A stretch of DNA of 44,452 nucleotides from contig JBMZCY010000001.1 of NCBI GenBank assembly GCA_049613825.1, positions 1 to 44,452 on the forward strand, in the 5' to 3' direction. The stretch comes from Planktomarina sp. GTDB taxonomy: Bacteria; Pseudomonadota; Alphaproteobacteria; Rhodobacterales; Rhodobacteraceae. Numbering within the stretch: position 1 is the stretch's first letter; every line of letters starts with the position of its first letter. The translations under genes and the position numbers were made by a program. The notes under the pieces were generated by a model. That model was not told the origin of the DNA. It ran no database searches and was given only the letters and a program-made list of their open reading frames with translations. Positions 18,565 through 25,970 of the stretch are shown piece by piece.

Positions 18565-19367
18565 TCCAATGCCTTGGAGGGATCGATGCCCACATCACGG
18601 CACATGCGCCACGCGTAGGAATTTTCCAAAGGTACGTTTTTGCGCCACCACGGTTTTGTACCGTTTGTGTACAGATGCACGGATACGGTTTTGTCAGTGA
18701 ACCAGCCTTCGACGCGACCATGGGGATCATAGAAGATATCATTCAGCTGGAACGGCACTGGATACAGCGCGTCTGGTGTCATTGCTTTGTCTACATCGCC
18801 GGTTAGACGGGCAAAATAGGTAAAGGCTTGCGGCCCGAATGCAGTGCGTTCCGTTTTATAAATCCGCACCGGGTGGGGAAGGCTTGAATCGAGTTTTTCA
18901 ATCTTCTTGCGCTGGTTTTTGTTCCACCATGGCGGCACATCCGGCAGGTTGTCGTAATAATCCAGCAGGTGATCCATCAAATCACATTTCTGCGGCAGGC
19001 CCACCACGCCACAGTTCAACGCGCCCCGCATGCCGTGGCCTGCGTAAACCCACTGCCAGTCATCGGGAAAGGGTTTGTGGCAGAACGCATCGCAATCTAC
19101 CCAGATTGCATCTGTCTTTTGAATCATTTTATAGCGAAACACATTCGACAGGAACGAGGCCGAGGTCGAGGCGACGATATCCATCGGGATGTCCATAATA
19201 TCGGTCGCAGGTTTCACCGTTACACCTTCGGGCGCGTTGGTCACGTTATCCGTGCAATACAGCGTCACCGGATGGCCATGCCGAACATGGGACGCAAGAC
19301 ACAACTGGTTCAGGTATTGCAGTTCTTCACCGATCCAAAGGGATGCAACAGGGCGACGTGTGGTCAT
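18561..19367 (-). CDS. DxD sugar-binding glycosyltransferase (GT32/alpha-1,4-GT-like)
   Basis: SLWIG..L...QLCLAS, SNVFRY, IWVDCD, FGP, LYPV, SVHLY. Confidence 0.8.
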   Translation of the reverse strand: MTTRRPVASLWIGEELQYLNQLCLASHVRHGHPVTLYCTDNVTNAPEGVTVKPATDIMDIPMDIVASTSASFLSNVFRYKMIQKTDAIWVDCDAFCHKPFPDDWQWVYAGHGMRGALNCGVVGLPQKCDLMDHLLDYYDNLPDVPPWWNKNQRKKIEKLDSSLPHPVRIYKTERTAFGPQAFTYFARLTGDVDKAMTPDALYPVPFQLNDIFYDPHGRVEGWFTDKTVSVHLYTNGTKPWWRKNVPLENSYAWRMCRDVGIDPSKALE

Positions 19368-19503
19368 AGGGGACTGCCTTTATATGTATGCCTGCAGTGT
19401 TTACGTTTTGGAAACAGGCGCTGATTTGTTTCCATTTTAGCAACATACAGCTTACACTGCTACGGATTACAGCATGGTTAATATTTTACTTTTTATCCTG
19501 ACG

Positions 19504-21756
19504 TTACCGGGCACTGCCATGGGTAATTTGTGTTTTAAATTTTCGGCCATTTTCAACATTGTAGACATCAACAATGGATAGGCCGGTGCGAATGCGCCAA
19601 CGGTTCTTGCCGTGTCGTTTGACCGATGCTGTGCCAGGCCATGTGGACAGGTCATAGTGATGCGACGCGTCCCAATCGCGGATCACGGTGGCGCCGCCAT
19701 AGGCCACACGAAATATGACGGCCCCTGCACCGGGATCAATAACATTCACCCCTGTGCCGATCGTGACATCATCATCCCCCGCCCAAAGATTTAACGTGTT
19801 GCGGCCGGGTCCTGTGTGAATGACCGATGTCCCTTCGCCGTCTTCAATGTAATCATTGCCATGACCGCCATAGATTTCATTGCGCCCCGATCCGCCAAAG
19901 ATTGTGTCGTTTCCTGTGCCCCCGTCCAGCACATCGCGCCCGCCGCCGCCTACCAACATGTCGTCGCCCGCACCGCCGTAAAATTCATGACGGCTGTTGG
20001 TGCGTCCGGACAGGGCGATCAGCTGATCATTCCCGCCACCGCCATAGAAGTTGGCATTGGCATAGGTCGGTCCGTACATCACGTCGCCTTGGTTGCTGCC
20101 GGTGATGTTGACGCTGACCCGTTCAGACGTCTCAAATTCCATAGCGCTGTCCGGATTGGCGACGATGTTCAGGGATTTGCCGGTTTTCCCGTCCGCCTCA
20201 GACCGTGCCACAACGGTGCCAACGCGCACTTTGGCCACATCGGCGGGGCAATGCATGGTATAATCATCGGGGCCGGCCATGTACCACAATGTGCCAGCAG
20301 TAGATGTGACTCGTTCGCTATCGGCACCATACGCCCATTGCTGGGTGTCGTCCGTGGTTTTGATGACCCCCCCTGCAAGGTCCGCCCGCAGATCAAGACC
20401 CAAATCCAACGCCCCGCGCATCAATTCATTGCGCAGAATATCCATCGGGGCGGTATCTACCAGATTTGTCGTCTCGCCTGGATCATCTATCAGATCGTAG
20501 ACATGTTCTTCGCCATTGGGATACCGGAAATAGCGGTACTGGGTGTAACCTTCGACCGACGGGCGCACGGACAGTGTCCCGAAGACAGATGTAATCGGTG
20601 ACTTGCTGCGGTCAAACTCCCCGAAACAGTCACTAACCAGCGGCAACAGGCTTTGCCCCGACACCCAATCGGGGCGGGGCGGGAGGCCTGCCAGTTCCAT
20701 TATGGTTTTGGGAATGTTGTGCAGGGATACGGGCAGGTCGATGACCTGGCCTGCCTCCATGTGGGGGTGCCAGATGCCAAGGGGGATATGGGCCGCACTG
20801 TCCCACTGGCTCATCTTATGAAAACTGTCGTGGGTGCCAAGGTTGAATCCATTATCAGACAGAAAGATTACCGTCGTATTCGACCCTAAAGCTGATGATT
20901 TCAGCGCCTCTAAGAATCGCCCGATTTCATGGTCAACGTGGGAAATCGCTGCGAAATACCCGCGCACGACATTGCGCCAGACATGATCGCCTGATTTTTC
21001 GGGGGTGAAGTTACCATTGGCCACATAAGCGGCTTCATACACGCCGAAATCCGGTGGGGGGCCGTAGTAGTCTTCGTCAGAGGCAGAGTCAGGCCAGCAA
21101 ATCGCATCCACATCATACTGCTGATAGAACCTGTCGGGTGTGACCAGATTATAGTGGGGGTGCTTGAAGCCCAGCTGGATCAGTGTCCGGCGGTTCGGAT
21201 CGGCCCGCCCCAGAAAATCAATTGCGTTCTGGGCGACGTGAAAATCATAGAATTTGTGATCCTGTCCCCCGTCATCATCTGGATGGTTCACCCCTTTGAT
21301 GCCGGGCCCTTTATCCAGATATTCATGCACCCCGTTGCGTTTGCCCCGATCTTTGGCGGGGACATCTTCGTGAAACAATGTGCGGCTGTAGGCCGTGGGC
21401 ATGGGTTTGTAATTTGCATCCACTTTGCCCGTCGTGAAATTATAGAACCCTGCACGGCGCAGATCATATGCCCATGCTTTTTCGGGGGGGTATATATCGC
21501 GCCAGTACCGGTTCAGATCGACCAGCCCCGACCGGAACGGGCTGATCCCGGTGGCCAGTTCCGCACGGCACGGCGCACACAGGGGCACGGTGGCATAAGC
21601 GTTGGAAAATCGTGCACCTGCAGCCATGAACGCATCAAGGTGCGGGGTCTGGATGTCGACACCAAACGCAGACCGCCAGCTGTAAACGTCGATCATATCA
21701 TCGACCCAGATCACAGCGATGTTGCCGTCTGCGATGGTGTTTGGTGTGAAACTCAC
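19504..21756 (-). CDS. Cys-type sulfatase fused to C-terminal RTX (GGxGxD) calcium-binding repeats
   Basis: WVDDM, CAPCR (CxPxR), PH, SDNG and HK in the N-terminal ~460 aa, then repeats GGGGNDQLI, GGAGDDMLV, GGGGRDVLD, GGTGNDTIF, GGHGNDYIE. Likely start is GTG 21756 (GTGA overlap with the upstream stop). Confidence 0.88.
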   Translation of the reverse strand: MSFTPNTIADGNIAVIWVDDMIDVYSWRSAFGVDIQTPHLDAFMAAGARFSNAYATVPLCAPCRAELATGISPFRSGLVDLNRYWRDIYPPEKAWAYDLRRAGFYNFTTGKVDANYKPMPTAYSRTLFHEDVPAKDRGKRNGVHEYLDKGPGIKGVNHPDDDGGQDHKFYDFHVAQNAIDFLGRADPNRRTLIQLGFKHPHYNLVTPDRFYQQYDVDAICWPDSASDEDYYGPPPDFGVYEAAYVANGNFTPEKSGDHVWRNVVRGYFAAISHVDHEIGRFLEALKSSALGSNTTVIFLSDNGFNLGTHDSFHKMSQWDSAAHIPLGIWHPHMEAGQVIDLPVSLHNIPKTIMELAGLPPRPDWVSGQSLLPLVSDCFGEFDRSKSPITSVFGTLSVRPSVEGYTQYRYFRYPNGEEHVYDLIDDPGETTNLVDTAPMDILRNELMRGALDLGLDLRADLAGGVIKTTDDTQQWAYGADSERVTSTAGTLWYMAGPDDYTMHCPADVAKVRVGTVVARSEADGKTGKSLNIVANPDSAMEFETSERVSVNITGSNQGDVMYGPTYANANFYGGGGNDQLIALSGRTNSRHEFYGGAGDDMLVGGGGRDVLDGGTGNDTIFGGSGRNEIYGGHGNDYIEDGEGTSVIHTGPGRNTLNLWAGDDDVTIGTGVNVIDPGAGAVIFRVAYGGATVIRDWDASHHYDLSTWPGTASVKRHGKNRWRIRTGLSIVDVYNVENGRKFKTQITHGSAR

Positions 21757-22505
21757 CCTGCACCCCACAGATAGAATTGTTTCAGGGCCGTATATTGCGC
21801 CACATCCGTCGCCGTGCGGGGCAACAGCAATGTATGGTTGGGCCAGAATATCACATCGTGAATCTGTGCATTACCCAGCGTTTTCAACAGACCTTTGCGG
21901 TGGCTGCGGCATCCGATGAACAGATCGGCGGGGGCATCGAAGCCGATGGTTGACCCTTTTATGGTTACGGGATCAGACAGACCTTGGGTCAATGCCAATT
22001 CATGTCCCGACAGGGTAACGATTGCCAGACGTTTGCCGGATGTGGGTTGTGCTGGGGCCGTTAAGCTGATTCCGTCATGGGTGTCTTTCACTGTGATCGT
22101 ATCATCGGTGTGGGACAAGAACAGATAGTTCGACACGTCAGGCGCGGATTTGGGTGTGCTGGTGTTGAGTGTCAACAAGGTCCGTGGGTCGTCGCCAGAA
22201 TAGAGGATGGCCATTGTGAACTGCGCGGCATTGCCCGTGATGTGCGGAATTGTAAAGCCGCAATGCCGTTCGGGTATCAGTTGCAAGGCCGTGCCAGATA
22301 GGGCGGTATTCCCTATATTAGGCTCTGCCTGTACTGCAGTTGGGCCGTTTGAATACCAGTCTGTAACATGCCCCCCCTCCTGCATGAAGCGGTCAGCCTG
22401 CCCTTGAAGCCAGATCGCCCCAGCAGGATGGATCACGTCTGCCAATGCAGGGCGGAGTTGACCTAATACGGCGCCCGTAGGCAAGGATGCTTCGACCTGC
22501 AACAT
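21753..22505 (-). CDS. Hypothetical protein, beta-rich concanavalin A/LamG-like (250 aa)
   Basis: Start ATG 22505 overlaps the upstream TAA (TAATG). The pattern IWLQG..VTDW, FTMAILY, LFIGCR..GNAQIHDVIFWPN..L resembles LamG-like domains. Confidence 0.65.
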   Translation of the reverse strand: MLQVEASLPTGAVLGQLRPALADVIHPAGAIWLQGQADRFMQEGGHVTDWYSNGPTAVQAEPNIGNTALSGTALQLIPERHCGFTIPHITGNAAQFTMAILYSGDDPRTLLTLNTSTPKSAPDVSNYLFLSHTDDTITVKDTHDGISLTAPAQPTSGKRLAIVTLSGHELALTQGLSDPVTIKGSTIGFDAPADLFIGCRSHRKGLLKTLGNAQIHDVIFWPNHTLLLPRTATDVAQYTALKQFYLWGAG

Positions 22506-23902
22506 TACGCAGTCCCCGTCACGGGCAACAGACAGGGCAAAGCCCAGCGGTGCAGGCCGCCATCTGTCATCCAGTCGTCGCGGACACCACCGATCAAAGT
22601 ATCCTTCACTGCGTACCCCAAATGCAGATCGCCCGTCGGGGCGGTGTCGCAAGTAAAAATCAGTGCTTTGGGGTCATTTGGATCAACGGCAACACCTGTG
22701 ATCTGCGGGGCGTTATCATTCCCGATCAAGGAAAACCCTGCCAGTGCGGTGCAGCCCAGTTTCAGGTCCAGCACCAAAGGCTGCATCGCTTTGGCCGTGA
22801 CACGAATACTGTGTGTACCCGAAATGCATTCGGCCAGCATAAAGGTCGGGCAGTGCCAGTTGTCCGTTGTGATGGCTGCCGCAGTCATCGCCGCCATATC
22901 CGCACGGGCGGCATCTGTTGGGCGGTCAAAAGTATCATAATCGAACATATAGCTGGGTGCGGATTGGATAAACCTGTGATCCGCGTGGTTCCAGGCCAGA
23001 TCCCATTGCCCTTCGATTATGGCGTCGTCTTGCATAGCTGGGGTGCCGCCCTCAAACCGAGTGACGAATGTGGGCGCCGGATGCCCTAAGGCCTTTAGAT
23101 GATCCCGCAGCCCATCCATCACGGCAGTCATCCCGTCACGGTAGGCCGCGGCAGACCCCGACTGATCTTCGAACGTGTAATCCAGACAGATGGCTGTGAT
23201 GTCAGCCTGCTTGCCCATGCTACTGGCCGCTTGCATTGCATTGCGGACCGCGATTTCCAAATTGGTCATGGCAGGGCCTGTGGCCAGATCAGTGGCTGTG
23301 GCAGATGTATCTGTTTCAACACGGGTCACAAATAAAGGCAGGGCTTGGGTTTTGGTGACACGATCTTGCAACAGCATATCAGCCACCAATGCTTCATGGG
23401 TCAGATCGCGCAGGTGTTCCAGATCGGGGGTCTGAATTGCATCTTCAACCCCGGCATGACCCACGGCACCGATATCATCGGCGGGGGCCAGGATATGATA
23501 GGGATAGTTCGGTTTTGCAGTGCTGCCCAAAGCCGCGCGCGCGCCGCCCATACCCAAGATCACCTGTATTGGGCCCGGCGCATCAGCGATAATATCCCCC
23601 CCCGTCACGCGTCGGCGATATCCGCACGGCCCTGCCACGCCTGCCAAGTTCGCGGTGAAATACAGCCAATCCCCGTGCAGACTGACCCCCCATGCATCCA
23701 CATCTGGCAGATAAGCGTGGGCGTCCAAACGCGGCACAGATACAGGTGGGGCGGCAGGGGACAGATTGCCGCCAAGGCGCAGCGCAATATCCGCCAGAAC
23801 CGTATCCGACAGGCGCAAGATCAGGCCGGTGTCATCATAACGGATCACATCGCCGTTCTGCGCACGGATCAAAATCCCGTCTGTTGAGGTGTTGTCTGCC
23901 AT
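22505..23902 (-). CDS. Hypothetical protein with degenerate SGNH/sialate-esterase-like fold (465 aa)
   Basis: Long ORF, first gene of a coupled operon. Its layout and the C-terminal PLVLD..GF..ITGV..LGYA..GGVRD..W motifs recall SGNH domains of phage tail proteins, but catalytic motifs are absent. Confidence 0.65.
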   Translation of the reverse strand: MADNTSTDGILIRAQNGDVIRYDDTGLILRLSDTVLADIALRLGGNLSPAAPPVSVPRLDAHAYLPDVDAWGVSLHGDWLYFTANLAGVAGPCGYRRRVTGGDIIADAPGPIQVILGMGGARAALGSTAKPNYPYHILAPADDIGAVGHAGVEDAIQTPDLEHLRDLTHEALVADMLLQDRVTKTQALPLFVTRVETDTSATATDLATGPAMTNLEIAVRNAMQAASSMGKQADITAICLDYTFEDQSGSAAAYRDGMTAVMDGLRDHLKALGHPAPTFVTRFEGGTPAMQDDAIIEGQWDLAWNHADHRFIQSAPSYMFDYDTFDRPTDAARADMAAMTAAAITTDNWHCPTFMLAECISGTHSIRVTAKAMQPLVLDLKLGCTALAGFSLIGNDNAPQITGVAVDPNDPKALIFTCDTAPTGDLHLGYAVKDTLIGGVRDDWMTDGGLHRWALPCLLPVTGTA

Positions 23903-24088
23903 TGTCCGGCCTTACTGTATTTTTAATTGTTTCGATTCTATCAACATTCGCTAGAGTATGACAAAGAATAATATTATTATTAGTACAGGCCTTATGTGGC
24001 TTCTTTCTATATCGGCCCTGCGTTAGGCCCGTCTTAACCATAATGCGCCCATACAAGGTGCACCGCCAGCGGAAGACATATTTGGTCC

Positions 24089-25930
24089 ATGCCCGAAACG
24101 AACGTCCTAACTGATATCAAAACCCGCACGTCCCCCCATGGCCGTGTGATGGCGGTGTCTATGATGAAAGACGAAGCACCGTTCCTGTTGGAATGGGTGG
24201 CGCATCATCTGGCTGTCGGGTTCACGGATATTTTAGTTTATACCAACGAATGCAGTGACGGCACGGTGGAAATGCTGCAGCGGCTGGAAACACTTGGTCT
24301 GGGCTATCATCGTGAAAACATCATTCCTGAAGGTATCAAACCCCAACCGTCCGCCTTGAAACATGCGCAGGTGGAACCGCTGGTACAGACCGCTGATTGG
24401 GTTATGGTGTTTGATGCGGATGAGTTTCTAGTATTGAGACATCCGTCAGGCCATCTGGACGGTATGATCAGTGATGCGGTGGCACAAGATGCAAACGGCA
24501 TTGTCGTCACATGGCGGATATTCGGGTCGAACGATGTGGTCGACTGGTCCCGCGATCCGGTCAGCGAACAATACACCCGTGCCGCCCCGCCCCTGTGGAA
24601 CAAAGGCTGGGGCGTAAAGACCCTGTTTAAATTTGACCCTGATTACTGGAAATTGGGCATCCATCGCCCGTCGATCAAAAACAAACATCTGGAAACGGGA
24701 TACCCCGACACTATCAAATGGCTGAACGGGTCGGGCCTGCCGATGGAAGAATACTTCAAGTTTCGCGGTTGGCGATCGATCCGCCGCACGCTGGGTTATG
24801 ACTGGGCGCAGATGAACCATTATGCGGCGAAATCCGTCGACAGTTACGCTGTGCGCAAATTCCGCGGGAACGTGAATAACAAGGCCGACAAATACAACAG
24901 TGACTATTGGTCCCTGCAAGACCGGAACGAGATTGAAGATATATCCATTTTGCGCCACGCCGACCGCCGTGCTGCAATTATGGCAGCCCTGTTAGAAGAT
25001 CCTGTTCTGAACGATTTGCACCACAAGGCCTTGCTGCGGGTCGAAGCGCGTCTAGATGCCTACCGCCAGACCCCCGCCTATGCACAGCTGAAATCTGACC
25101 TGATTACGGCCAGCAAAGTGTCCATCAGGGATGTCGAAGCCAAACCGCCCAAAGCCCGCGATCCTGCAAAAATCGCCGCTTTGATGAGCAAGGTTGAAAA
25201 GCAGGCCAATGACAAACCCGTTTCGGAATATCATAATGATACGGTGGACGATTGGCCCGGCAAAGACGGATCGCCTTATGTGGATGGCAAGATTGATTTG
25301 TCGGGCCCAGTCAATGTCACATGGACCCCGAACCATGACATACAACTGCCCACCGATACACGTGTGTTCAATCCCGAAGCGTTGAACGCTATTGTTGCCG
25401 GACGGTTTGACCGTCGCAACGCACGAAATATCGAAAGATATGTGGACGGCTTTACCCGACTGTTGGATCTTGGCACGGGTGTCGGGTTTATCCCCATGCG
25501 CCTGCGGTTGGTGATGCCTGGGTTGACCATTTTGGCGCAAGACAATCGGCGGCCGCTGATCCGCATGGGACGCAACATTGCAGATCATAACGGGCGCGGA
25601 ATAAAAGACACCACGCGCCTAAAGCTTGTTGATACTGAATTACAGTTTCAGACGGACACGCACACACAGGCCAGCGGTTTGGCGGCCTATTTGAAGGATT
25701 TTCATCCCGATGTTGTGCGCATCGCGAGGCCTGCGGCTGTGACTGAAAAAATGCTGACCGACATGCCATTGGACGGTGTCCAGCGCATTATCATCCCCTT
25801 CGAATCTGGTGCCGAAGCCACGTTCCTGAGTGATGCGTATGCCCCTGTTCTGGTCAGTCATGGGTTTGCGAAAACACCGGATCGTGACATGTCAGGCAGC
25901 TTGCAATTTGATCGTCGGGTGCGGGTTTAA
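24089..25930 (+). CDS. GT2-like glycosyltransferase (Glyco_tranf_2_4 type) with C-terminal degenerate SAM-methyltransferase-like domain
   Basis: MMKDEAPFLLEWVAHH, YTNECSDGT, FDADEF, IHRP, MNHYAAKS, then C-terminal LLDLGTGVGFI. Confidence 0.85.
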   Translation: MPETNVLTDIKTRTSPHGRVMAVSMMKDEAPFLLEWVAHHLAVGFTDILVYTNECSDGTVEMLQRLETLGLGYHRENIIPEGIKPQPSALKHAQVEPLVQTADWVMVFDADEFLVLRHPSGHLDGMISDAVAQDANGIVVTWRIFGSNDVVDWSRDPVSEQYTRAAPPLWNKGWGVKTLFKFDPDYWKLGIHRPSIKNKHLETGYPDTIKWLNGSGLPMEEYFKFRGWRSIRRTLGYDWAQMNHYAAKSVDSYAVRKFRGNVNNKADKYNSDYWSLQDRNEIEDISILRHADRRAAIMAALLEDPVLNDLHHKALLRVEARLDAYRQTPAYAQLKSDLITASKVSIRDVEAKPPKARDPAKIAALMSKVEKQANDKPVSEYHNDTVDDWPGKDGSPYVDGKIDLSGPVNVTWTPNHDIQLPTDTRVFNPEALNAIVAGRFDRRNARNIERYVDGFTRLLDLGTGVGFIPMRLRLVMPGLTILAQDNRRPLIRMGRNIADHNGRGIKDTTRLKLVDTELQFQTDTHTQASGLAAYLKDFHPDVVRIARPAAVTEKMLTDMPLDGVQRIIIPFESGAEATFLSDAYAPVLVSHGFAKTPDRDMSGSLQFDRRVRV

Positions 25931-25970
25931 GATTCTGATGGAGGTGCAGGATGTTCGGTCCGCGTGAAGA

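Noticed and set aside
22506-22652. 49-aa N-terminal extension of the LamG-like ORF (similar extensions on manB, rmlA, mrpA and the last GT2)
   Set aside because: These overlap upstream genes or lack an RBS. Coupled or RBS-supported downstream starts fit better.
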